From IMG/VR virus record IMGVR_UViG_3300020151_002386, positions 1 to 40,172 of that record: a DNA stretch of 40,172 nt; one strand, 5' to 3'. The notes under the pieces were generated by a model, which did not search any database, had not been told where the DNA came from, and was given only the letters and a program-made list of their open reading frames with translations. This DNA is from a virus. Its lineage: Duplodnaviria > Caudoviricetes. Positions 9,331-18,800 of this stretch are shown piece by piece. Position 1 is the stretch's first letter, and each line of letters opens with the position of its first letter. A program made the position numbers and the translations under genes.

Positions 9331-10335
9331 TCAATCTAGTGAACCAGAAAACCCAAAATCATCACCTGGTTTTATTAGCAAGTCATCAGAGTCTGTGATT
9401 ATTTTTACCTGAGAACCAGAAACATGATCTAATATAGATGTAGAATCTTGTCCTCTTTTTACTGTTATGTTATTTCCAGAAATTGATTCGACATATAATT
9501 CTTCTTTATTGATATCAAGATATGATCCAACAGTAATTCCAGCTGAACTCACAACCTCAATAATATTATCTGTTTTTTCTGCATCTTTTGATAGTGTTGT
9601 GGTTACCGTTCCAGTATAATTCTGTACTGCGCGAGGTTCTACACTGTATGTAACTTCTCTCTTTGCTAAACCTGATGCATCTCCAGAAACAAGACCAATA
9701 GAAACTTTTTTGATAATCTCGGAAGAAACAGAATCGGAAGATACTGGACCAAACAAATATGTCTTTGCAGTAAATTTTAAAGTATAAATTAATGCCCTTC
9801 TTTCTGTGTAATCTCCCTCATAATTATCTGTCATTGATATATTATCAAGTACTATGGGTATATCTCTTTTTTCTCCTATTTCCTTCACTAAATCAACTGT
9901 TAAATTGTAATTTGGTTGGAAATATGGTAATATTTGCTCAACTATCTGAAGCATATCATCGTTAAGTTTTGTCATTATACTCAATTCAAAATTTAAGTTA
10001 TAAGGAACAGGTAGATATGCTTTTCTTATTTGATTATTATTTACATCTTTGGTTAAAAATGTTTGAGTAGTTGTCAGTTTTCTAGTAGTGTCATATGACA
10101 TTCCTATTACTTCAAACGACATTCTAGGTAAATTTACCTGAACTGGTTTATTGAGATTTGGGACCTGTTCCAATCTAGCAAGGAACTTCTGAGTTGGTCC
10201 ATATGCCAATGGAACTCTAGCAGAAGAAACTACATTTCCCGAATCATCTTTGTGTTTGACAGATATTCCATTAAACAGTGTGCCAAATGCTACTACTGTT
10301 TTCCTTGTTATTTCGTGGTAAAAATACTCAAACAT
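9331..10335 (-). CDS. gp15: Tail sheath stabilizer / tail completion protein
   Basis: YFYHEITRKTVVAFGTLFNGI, VPLAYGPTQKFLARL, LPRMSFE, QIVEQILPYFQP, FTAKTYLFGP; extra C-terminal beta module. Confidence 0.95.
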   Translation of the reverse strand: MFEYFYHEITRKTVVAFGTLFNGISVKHKDDSGNVVSSARVPLAYGPTQKFLARLEQVPNLNKPVQVNLPRMSFEVIGMSYDTTRKLTTTQTFLTKDVNNNQIRKAYLPVPYNLNFELSIMTKLNDDMLQIVEQILPYFQPNYNLTVDLVKEIGEKRDIPIVLDNISMTDNYEGDYTERRALIYTLKFTAKTYLFGPVSSDSVSSEIIKKVSIGLVSGDASGLAKREVTYSVEPRAVQNYTGTVTTTLSKDAEKTDNIIEVVSSAGITVGSYLDINKEELYVESISGNNITVKRGQDSTSILDHVSGSQVKIITDSDDLLIKPGDDFGFSGSLD

Positions 10336-10372
10336 GTTATGATATCCTTATAATATTATTTAACCATTTACA

Positions 10373-10380
10373 TATTTATC
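10373..10380 (-). promoter_or_regulatory. T4-type late promoter (GATAAATA) for gp15
   Basis: Overlaps gp14 stop TGA; a weaker TTAAATA at 10357-10363. Confidence 0.65.
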
Positions 10381-11752
10381 AAGGAGTTCCAAAGGGATTT
10401 TTTTCGCTAAAGTCAATAATGGTATTTGATTCTTCTTGTATTTCTTTGTTCTGTGCGAATGGATCAACTAAATTATCAGCTGTGATGACTTTAATTTCAT
10501 AACTTGCGCTAGATGTCGATCCAACCAAGGTTTCTCCTGGAATAAAATCACCTGTTATATTGGACAATTCCAATTTATTTGTTATAGTATTCCAAGATTT
10601 AACTCTTGCAGAATGGCCAGACTGCGAACCAATTACCGTCTCATTGTATCTATATGTACCATATCCAACTACATATGGACTTTGTATTTGGATAATTGGA
10701 TTTTGTGTATATCCAATACCAGTGGTTATGATTCCAATTCTTGTTACAACTCCATTTTCTATTGTTGCTCTTGCTTGAGCAGGCATAGAAGAAATGCCAA
10801 CAAATTGTACTGTTGGTGTACTTGTGTAACCAGATCCGCCATTTGTTATTGAAATAGTACCAACTATACCATCTCCAATTGAGGCTATCGCAGCTGCTCC
10901 TTTTCCTCCTCCACCATAAAAAGCAATAGATGGGGGAGAAGTATAACCATAACCAGCATTTGTAATTTCTACGCCTTGGACTCTAAGCAAACTAGAATCT
11001 GGTTCGCATAAATCAACTATCCCACCAATCATTGTTGCTATTCCAGTTGCAGTCTGCCCAGTAATTGGAATTCCAAATTTAACTTGTGGAGTGGATTTGT
11101 AACTTTCTCCTCTATTTGTAATTTTTACAAATGTTACTCCACCATTCACTATAGTGGCAGTCGCTGTTGCAGATACTCCAGCACCAATCATGTCAAAAGT
11201 TTGAATATATCCTTGTTTTTCTACATTATCATCTATAAATTCTATTCCAGTATCAACCAATTCGTCTTGGTATCTGAATAGCTCACATCTTAAAGTATAG
11301 ACATAAGTTTGTTGGAGTTGATAAAATGGAACTTCATGCTCAACAAATTTAATTTCAAACAACCTATCACCCAAAGGAAAATATATCAAATCTCCCTCTT
11401 TTGGTCGAGTTGATAGTTCGATATTTGGTTGATTTTGTATCAAAGGAGAAATATAGGTTTCAAATCTTTCTTTTGAAATTATGAGATTCAAGTCAGTATA
11501 AGGCTGTACTCCAAATTTTGTAAGTAAAGTTCCAGCACCTTCATATCCATCATATGTATCGACATATGCCTCAATAGGATATGCATTATTGAATTCTGAT
11601 TCTATTACCTCTTTTATAATTGTCTTTTTAGTTAAATATTTTCTGGGAATATAATATACATCTATTCCATATATTTTTAATTGCTCATTTATAAGATCTT
11701 GAATAAGATTTTGCTCTGTTTTTGAACCTTGTAGAAAGAACGGATTTAACAT
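10379..11752 (-). CDS. gp14: Neck protein (head closure) with inserted repeat region
   Basis: EQNLIQDLINEQLKIYGIDVYYIPR, RPKEGDLIYFPL, FEIKFVEHEVPFYQL, C-terminal IIDFSEKNPFG. Confidence 0.95.
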   Translation of the reverse strand: MLNPFFLQGSKTEQNLIQDLINEQLKIYGIDVYYIPRKYLTKKTIIKEVIESEFNNAYPIEAYVDTYDGYEGAGTLLTKFGVQPYTDLNLIISKERFETYISPLIQNQPNIELSTRPKEGDLIYFPLGDRLFEIKFVEHEVPFYQLQQTYVYTLRCELFRYQDELVDTGIEFIDDNVEKQGYIQTFDMIGAGVSATATATIVNGGVTFVKITNRGESYKSTPQVKFGIPITGQTATGIATMIGGIVDLCEPDSSLLRVQGVEITNAGYGYTSPPSIAFYGGGGKGAAAIASIGDGIVGTISITNGGSGYTSTPTVQFVGISSMPAQARATIENGVVTRIGIITTGIGYTQNPIIQIQSPYVVGYGTYRYNETVIGSQSGHSARVKSWNTITNKLELSNITGDFIPGETLVGSTSSASYEIKVITADNLVDPFAQNKEIQEESNTIIDFSEKNPFGTP

Positions 11753-11754
11753 AA

Positions 11755-12570
11755 TTAACCCACCATATCTAGTGGAGGTAGCTCATATGTACTAGACATT
11801 CTTTCCATAATAATATCCAATTCTCTTTGGGCATCATCATATATTGGTCTACCATCTAATTCAATGCCTCCAGGAAGTTTCACTCCTCTAAATTTAATTA
11901 AATTTTGTCCCCATTGTTTTTTTATGAGAGCGGTCAAATATTGCTTTAAAAATGAATCATTCCAAACTTTTGTTGACTCTGCTGGATTTAATGCTCGGTA
12001 ACAATCAATGATAAGAGTTTGTCCTACAGTTACACTAGCCCAATCTATATCTAAATATAGTCTATCCTCTCTTTTATTGAACCTGACTTGCTTTTGTGTG
12101 GTCAATAGCCAATTAAGATCTTCCAAATAAGTTTTCACCATCGAATAAGTCAATAATTCGGTTGATCCCCAATAATATACATCATTCAGAAATAATTGAT
12201 ATTTAATACTAAACATTCCACTGGAAATACTATTGGAACCTTCAAATTGAAATATCTTGTTCACTCCAATTACATATGAAGGTATTTGCAAGTAGTTTGC
12301 AGTTTCTCTGTATTCATAAGTTTTATTTCCAGCAACTGTGGTTATCCCTACCCCTTCTTTTCCTCTTGCTCTGTCTAAATCTTGTTGTGTGATTTCATAT
12401 CTTAGTAGAGTTGGAGATACTCCATCAAAATGTCTTTCTTGAAAAAATTGTATTGCATCATCCACCAAATCTTCTATTTGTTCTTGTGCAACATTAATTT
12501 CTAAAACTGGAGCACCCAATTTTCTTAAACAATAATCAATAAGTTCTTGTCTGGTGGAAGGTTGTGCCAT
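11755..12570 (-). CDS. gp13: Neck protein (head-tail adaptor)
   Basis: ELIDYCLRKLGAPVLEINV, FFQERHFDG, ALIKKQWGQNLIKFRGVKLPGGIELDG. Confidence 0.96.
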   Translation of the reverse strand: MAQPSTRQELIDYCLRKLGAPVLEINVAQEQIEDLVDDAIQFFQERHFDGVSPTLLRYEITQQDLDRARGKEGVGITTVAGNKTYEYRETANYLQIPSYVIGVNKIFQFEGSNSISSGMFSIKYQLFLNDVYYWGSTELLTYSMVKTYLEDLNWLLTTQKQVRFNKREDRLYLDIDWASVTVGQTLIIDCYRALNPAESTKVWNDSFLKQYLTALIKKQWGQNLIKFRGVKLPGGIELDGRPIYDDAQRELDIIMERMSSTYELPPLDMVG

Positions 12571-12571
12571 T

Positions 12572-12736
12572 TTACAATTTAGATACTACTTCTTGTTGCT
12601 TTAAATATAATTTAATATAAGACTTTGCAAAATTTTTAACGACTTCTATATCATCTATACTATCTATATCTCTAGATAATTTTTCATATTCGAACATTTT
12701 ATTGAAGTCTTCTAAAGTTATTTTATCTGGGTCCAT
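12572..12736 (-). CDS. Small helical hypothetical protein (54 aa) with an NblA-like pattern, not in ORF track
   Basis: MDPDKITLEDFNKMFEYEKLSRDIDSIDDIEVVKNFAKSYIKLYLKQQEVVSKL*. Fills the gap, overlaps the upstream stop and ends 1 nt before the gp13 ATG. CDS is secure, function is not. Confidence 0.8.
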   Translation of the reverse strand: MDPDKITLEDFNKMFEYEKLSRDIDSIDDIEVVKNFAKSYIKLYLKQQEVVSKL

Positions 12737-12947
12737 TTTTGATTTCCAGTAATAATTGTTTTATTAAATTTAAATCATCTTTTAGTGTTAAAATTTCAGA
12801 TTCCATCTTTTCAAATCTAGCATTTTCTTTTTCTTTTAGTAAATTTGATTTATTGTAATTTTCGTATTCAAGATAATTTACATTCAATATTGCATTTGTA
12901 TTTTTGTCTCTAACCAAATTTGGATTTCCTTTTACTTTGTAGTACAT
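12723..12947 (-). CDS. Hypothetical protein with C-terminal coiled coil
   Basis: 74 aa, KVKGNPNLVRDKNTNAILN then heptad-like MESEILTLKDDLNLIKQLL; starts 1 nt after the upstream stop. Confidence 0.8.
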   Translation of the reverse strand: MYYKVKGNPNLVRDKNTNAILNVNYLEYENYNKSNLLKEKENARFEKMESEILTLKDDLNLIKQLLLEIKNGPR

Positions 12948-12948
12948 A

Positions 12949-15414
12949 TCAAGAAACTGCTATTATGCGGAGGTCTTTAATTCTTGGTGGATATGCTTGA
13001 TTGGTTGATGTTCCTATTATTTTTATACTAAATGTATTAAAAGGTCCTACAGATTCTACAGTATACTCATAGTCAACAAAAGGAGTTTTAGACGATCCAC
13101 GAGAAATTAATATATCTGTTTTAACTATTTTTTTATCTGGTAGACCATCACTGTTTGCTGGATTTATTATAACTCCATCATTTAAATTTGTATAACCAGG
13201 GAAAGGAAAATAATTTAATTTCAGGTTATTATCTTTTGATACACAGTATAATAATCTCAGATCACTATACACATTGACATAAGCAGATAAGATCACCTTT
13301 AAACTTTGAGCTGGATTTTCCAAATATATTGGTTTAGTGGCATAAACAAATGTAGATGGATCTCCATCTAAAGTGGAAACTCTGTCATCTGTAGCAAAAT
13401 TTTCTATTTTTTTATCGATTCTATTTGATGTGAGAACAACGGAAGTTCTATCTAAAGCAGAAATTACAGGGGACAATCTATTATCAGTAGAACTAAGTGT
13501 CATGTTTAAATTAAATGACTTATTTCCAGGTAGGGAAGATAATTGTTGAGTTTCATTTAGAGTAGAACATATTATTCTTTGTGAACTTAAATAATTTTTA
13601 GAATTTAAATTTATAACCTCAAATCCTTGGTCAACAAATGGGACTTCATCTCCATCTACGCTTTTTCCGCTTACTGTCCTAATTGTAGACGAGATTTCAG
13701 TTCTTGGTGGAGAAAAGCTCTGTATGTTTGGAATTATTATACTATATTGTATATTTTTAGTTGCTGTGACTTGTATTCCACCAGCAGATTTACTTTCTTT
13801 AGTATAAAGAGGACTGGTGGTTGTTCTATCTTTTCCTTTTAGTGCATTAAGTGACAATTTTAAATTATAATAATCTAATCCTATTGGATCCGAAATTGTT
13901 GCATCAGAAAGATTGTGAGTAGTGTTAATTCTTCTTAATGATATTCCATTTAATTCATATTTGTATACCGAAATTCCCAATTCATATGTTCCTCTTTTTG
14001 TTGAATCTATTCCTCTCGTAATTCCTCTTAAAGTATTACCATTCACTTCATTATAAGATATTATTTCATCTCCAATTAAAATATAACCTAAATTGTCTGG
14101 AGTAACTGCAAGTCCTTCAAAGGTAGAAAAAACTGATGCATCTGCCAATATGATATCATCTGTTGATGTTTCAGTATATGTATTTGATAATAAAGTTGTT
14201 GGTGTAATGTCAGAACTAACTTTAGATATTTTTACTATATCTGCTCCGGAATGCATACCATGATTATAATGATTTACTTTTATATGTTTTCCATCATTTA
14301 TTTCTATTGGAGCAGATGACAATAGAACATTAGATCCATTTCCATTTAAGTCTGTAGTGACTCCAATATTGTTAGTGTATCTTACTGTTTTTCCTATTCC
14401 TGTCTCAAAATTTCCTTGTACCTGATCTAATATCAATTCATTATAAGCAGAAATATTTGAAACAGATAATTTAATATTTCTTCCTAACTTATTAGTTCCT
14501 GGTGGATTTATTGTGAGTAAATCCCCTATTTTATATCCAATACCACCAGAAAAAATAGTTGCTCCAGAAGAAACTACAGAGCCATTTGATATTGTTACAT
14601 TTACTGTGGCATTTTGTCCAGTTCCGGTTAAACTTATCAAAGGGACATTTGAGTAATATCCATTTTCATATGATTCTCCATCATCGATTATTGTCAAATT
14701 CCCAAAAGCCGATCCACCATAACCAACAAAATTTCCAGTCGCATTAGTTGTTGATTGTATAATGGTATTTCCAAATGTCAATCCAGAATCTGATACAGTT
14801 TTGGATAATCCAACTTTAATTTTTTTTGAGTTAAATTCTAAAGGATTTTTTAATAATTTTGATACATTTTCTCCTTGATCCAAATCTGAATTATAAAAAT
14901 TTACGGTGCCAGAATCAAAAGTATTAAAATTGGCTCTTTTTAATGTATACTTCAGATCATCATATTGGCTAGCAGTCCATGTCGATCCACTTTGTGATAA
15001 AAACAATGAACCAGAATCTGGTTGTTTACTTACAAAAACTTGCCTAGAGTTCACATTATTATAACTTTGTGCATCCAATTCTCCCAATCTAGAGACCCAA
15101 ACTTTATAATCCGATGAATTTGAAATTACAACTATGGAATGATATGTTCCCCCAGACAAGTATACGGGAGATGGAAATTTAAATGTAGTTGGTTTCGTAG
15201 AATCGTCGGAAATTACAACTTCATTTGAATATAATGTCACTTCGCTTTCAGGATATACTATTGTATCTGGAATTCCCAACTTCATTGGCCTAAGTTGGAC
15301 AGTTACTGGTTGAGATACATCTTTAGAATAAAAATACAAATCAACAGAAGTTGCAAATATTCCAGTTTCTGGAACAACATAAAATGATTGGGCTAAGGGA
15401 CTTCTAATTTCCAT
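12949..15414 (-). CDS. Virion structural protein, C-terminal part of VrlC/DUF4815-like family
   Basis: Starts SPLAQSF..GIFATSVDLYF.SKD..PVTVQLR, has GSLFLSQSGSTWTASQYDDLKYTL and ends FSIKII..PPRIKDLRIIA; these motifs are typical of the C-terminal half of VrlC-like proteins. Confidence 0.85.
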   Translation of the reverse strand: MEIRSPLAQSFYVVPETGIFATSVDLYFYSKDVSQPVTVQLRPMKLGIPDTIVYPESEVTLYSNEVVISDDSTKPTTFKFPSPVYLSGGTYHSIVVISNSSDYKVWVSRLGELDAQSYNNVNSRQVFVSKQPDSGSLFLSQSGSTWTASQYDDLKYTLKRANFNTFDSGTVNFYNSDLDQGENVSKLLKNPLEFNSKKIKVGLSKTVSDSGLTFGNTIIQSTTNATGNFVGYGGSAFGNLTIIDDGESYENGYYSNVPLISLTGTGQNATVNVTISNGSVVSSGATIFSGGIGYKIGDLLTINPPGTNKLGRNIKLSVSNISAYNELILDQVQGNFETGIGKTVRYTNNIGVTTDLNGNGSNVLLSSAPIEINDGKHIKVNHYNHGMHSGADIVKISKVSSDITPTTLLSNTYTETSTDDIILADASVFSTFEGLAVTPDNLGYILIGDEIISYNEVNGNTLRGITRGIDSTKRGTYELGISVYKYELNGISLRRINTTHNLSDATISDPIGLDYYNLKLSLNALKGKDRTTTSPLYTKESKSAGGIQVTATKNIQYSIIIPNIQSFSPPRTEISSTIRTVSGKSVDGDEVPFVDQGFEVINLNSKNYLSSQRIICSTLNETQQLSSLPGNKSFNLNMTLSSTDNRLSPVISALDRTSVVLTSNRIDKKIENFATDDRVSTLDGDPSTFVYATKPIYLENPAQSLKVILSAYVNVYSDLRLLYCVSKDNNLKLNYFPFPGYTNLNDGVIINPANSDGLPDKKIVKTDILISRGSSKTPFVDYEYTVESVGPFNTFSIKIIGTSTNQAYPPRIKDLRIIAVS

Positions 15415-15432
15415 TTATAAGATCTTTTTTTC

Positions 15433-15440
15433 TATTTATT
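15433..15440 (-). promoter_or_regulatory. T4-type late promoter (AATAAATA) for the 821-aa gene
   Basis: Intergenic between SET stop and ATG 15414. Confidence 0.65.
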
Positions 15441-15455
15441 ACTAATACTGAGTTA

Positions 15456-15824
15456 TTAAGTAAAATATTTGGCATTTTCTTCTCCATAATTTATAAAAAT
15501 TTCTTCTCCTTTTTTTATTTTTTTTATAGAATAATGAGTAATAGTTTGTCTATTTTCATCTAATTTAAAATCTACATTAGGGGAGTAACTGTGATTATAT
15601 AATCCAGCACAACCAAAAGGCAAAATACAATGTGTGCTAGAAAAATAATAAGTGTATCTATATGTAATTGAGTAACTACTGATTTCACTAAGAGGCACCA
15701 CTATAAACGGTACCTCTTCTATTATTTCTTTTTCTTCTATATCTTCTGATGTAAAAACTCCCCAACCGTGTATATCCGATTTTGTTATGATTAATTTTGT
15801 TGATGGTATTAATATGTCTATCAT
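15456..15824 (-). CDS. SET-domain protein-lysine methyltransferase (minimal, 122 aa)
   Basis: Motif I KSDIHGWGVFT, motif III LYNHSYSPNV, motif IV IKKGEEIFINYG. Confidence 0.9.
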   Translation of the reverse strand: MIDILIPSTKLIITKSDIHGWGVFTSEDIEEKEIIEEVPFIVVPLSEISSYSITYRYTYYFSSTHCILPFGCAGLYNHSYSPNVDFKLDENRQTITHYSIKKIKKGEEIFINYGEENAKYFT

Positions 15825-15836
15825 TATATTTTTTTA

Positions 15837-18800
15837 TTATCTGCCATTTGACATAGAACTTCCGCCGCCCATGCCGCCACCGCCGCCACCGCCGCCGCCT
15901 GACGAACCACCGCCGCCCATGCCGCCACCGCCACCGCCACCTGATGAACCACCGCCACCGCCACCGCCTGACGAACCACCGCCGCCCATGCCGCCACCGC
16001 CGCCTGACGAACCACCGCCGCCACCGCCGCCGCCTGACGAACCACCGCCGCCCATGCCACCGCCACCGCCTGACGACATAGAAGAACCAGGTCCAGGTAC
16101 AACTGGAGCATCTAATTGTTTTTGCAATTGTTTAACTATTCTATCCCCATCATTTTGTGGTATATGACCACTCGGAAGAGTATCTACATTTTTTACGCCC
16201 AATCTATTAGCTACTTGTTGTGCCGTAGTTACATTTGAATTTGGACGGACCTCCAAATATGCTTCAACTATTCTTCTTTGTGCTGCATTTGCATATACTG
16301 GCCCACCTTGATTTACATCGATTACTTTTTGTGGCTGCGATTCTGGTGTTGATGTTACTGGATTAATTATAGGAGGAATCACTGGAGTAATTGATTGGGT
16401 AGTCTGAGGAGTAGATTCTGGGAAAGTATAGTTATATGATATTGGTAATGGTGGGGAAATCTCTGGTGCATAGCTGGGAGGACTTACAGAAAGAATAGCT
16501 TCTTCTACATTATTCAAAGTGCCCTTCGAATAAAATTTCTCATAAGCATATGTAAACACTATTCCAGGAATAAGCGAATTAGTTGAACTATTTGTCAATC
16601 TAAATGCTTTTTCACCAGAGGTGAACCGGTCTCCAATTTGATTAATATTATCTGTATTTGGAATTCTAAATGATCCAATCACAGTACCAGAATCATCAGT
16701 AATTAATTTTATATCTTTAACTATTGCTGTAGCATTACTAGTTTCTCCTATCAATTTCATTCCAATTTTTATATTTCCATAAAAATTGGAATTGCCCATA
16801 TAAGAAAGACTAAATGTATCAATGTTTAATATACTTGAAGTAGTAGAATATTCAGAAGGTATAATTTGATTTCTATCGTATGGATTTACATTATATTTTT
16901 TAGTTGGATTATTATATGGACCAATTTTATGATCTGGAGTACATAATCTAAACTTACCTCCATTTTCCGACTCATAGTTCGATGATCTAAAATAATCTAA
17001 AATAATATTTGCTGCTGCATTGTTTGATGTAGTGCTAATGCCAATATTTGAACTTAAAGTCAAATTTTTCAAATCAGAGATTGTTTCTATGGAAATTCCT
17101 TGTTGGCTAAGTTTTTGTTTTAATATTTCTGGAACTGTTCCTATACTAGAAACCCAGGAACCAAAAGAATCTTCTATTTTTGCAGTGATAGTCTCTCCTA
17201 CTTGAAAAACTCCACTAGTCATTTGAATTTCAACCAATTTTGGAATTATATGTCTATTTACATCTACATTATCAAAAAACGCATACAGTCTAGTATATGG
17301 CTTTATTCGTTCTGCTCTAAATTCTACATTCCTTCTTCTCATATACGGAATTTGTTCTGTTGATATAAGGTCTCTTGTCCACAGACTCCCCCCATCCCAT
17401 ACTGGAGCAGAAAATCCAGTTTCTTCCGTATCTTCTGTTATTATAATTTGTTTTTGTGTCTCTGTTATAACGCCATCCAAATCCACAAGATTAGTTTTTG
17501 TTTTTCTTTGACTTATCCAAGTATCAGATGATGGACTTAATGTTATTCCTCCAACATATTCTGAAGTAGAATATGAAGTAACTTCAGTCACTCTAGTAGA
17601 AAATGGTTGAGTATTTTCTACTACTTCAGAATAATCCAATGTTATTACATTTCCAGTTTTCTTTATATTACTAGAAATAAAATCATTTGAATAATTTATA
17701 TCTATACTTAGATCTTTTTTCAATATTATAGAAGATTCTCCTAGTATTAAATCGCAATTAGTAGTATAATGTGTTGGCCTTAGCTGATTATTTGATCTAT
17801 CTATACTATTTTTTACTATTGTATCTTTTTGTTGGTATAAAGTAGTACTAAAGTTGTCAACAAAAAATCCAGATTTAAATCTAGGATTCCCATTGCTATC
17901 AAATATACTTAAGTTTGCAGTTTCTTTTTCTAGCAAGGACAAAGTAGAATAATATTCTAAGTTTTCTATTCTAGTTTCCAATTTTCCAATGTCTGCCATT
18001 GTATATCTTTTATATTCGTTTCTAACTATAGAAACATCACTGGCACTGAAAGTATATGCAGGAACATAGATCGTAGCTATTTCGATGGAATCATCCAAAG
18101 AATATGGAAACTGCGTAGTCTCTGATGGTTCTCCATACTTTAATTGGAATAATGCATCTTTTGAAAGGAATATTTTATCAACTCTAGGAAGATAAAAAGA
18201 ATAAGATAAAGTAATATTTTCATCTGATGCAAGAATATATTTGGAAGAATTGTTATATGATTCAGAAAAATTTCTTGCTAGAAATTCAAATGGAGATCTG
18301 GCACCTTGTACCACTTGATATTCAGTTACTTTTGGTCTGACATCAATAATGTCACTATTTCTTTCTTCATTAATACTTGGTATTTCCGAATAATCGTAAT
18401 TTTGATATGAATTTGCAGTAGTTATATCTCCAGTATCAGATGGAGAATAAGATGATGATTCAAAATAAATTTTTATTTTTCTTATTGGTTCTTTGTATGA
18501 TGGTTTTCTAGTAATTCTCGAATAATCATATATTGAATTTCTTTGTCCATCATCCAAAATATAATTTGATGTTATATCTTTATCTCCAATCGTAGTTGAA
18601 TTTATAATGGCAGTTACTTGGGACGAATCGAAAGTTATAGTTTCTCCACGAATAAACGAATTGGAATTTAAGTATATAAATCCTATTGTTCCAAGATCAA
18701 TTTTTTGTGCATAAATTCCAACTGCATTACTTACTTCTCCGACAAAAATTTCTCCTAGTGTAATGTCGTTAGTACTACCAGAAATTCCATTAATTTCTGT

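Noticed and set aside
15415-15836. SET region as an intron, intein or read-through fusion
   Set aside because: Double TAA after the 1853-aa ORF, downstream half has its own promoter and ATG in another frame, no group I/II or intein motifs
15850-16083. Repeat as a CRISPR array or DGR template/variable region
   Set aside because: No unique spacers, no cas or reverse transcriptase gene in the window, no second copy differing at adenines
15787-16167. Poly-Pro plus-strand ORF and Ala/Val-rich minus-strand ORF 15824..16111
   Set aside because: By-products of the stop-free GGC/GGT repeat. The alternative frame ends in TAATG at the SET start, but repeat units vary in whole codons and it has no credible start
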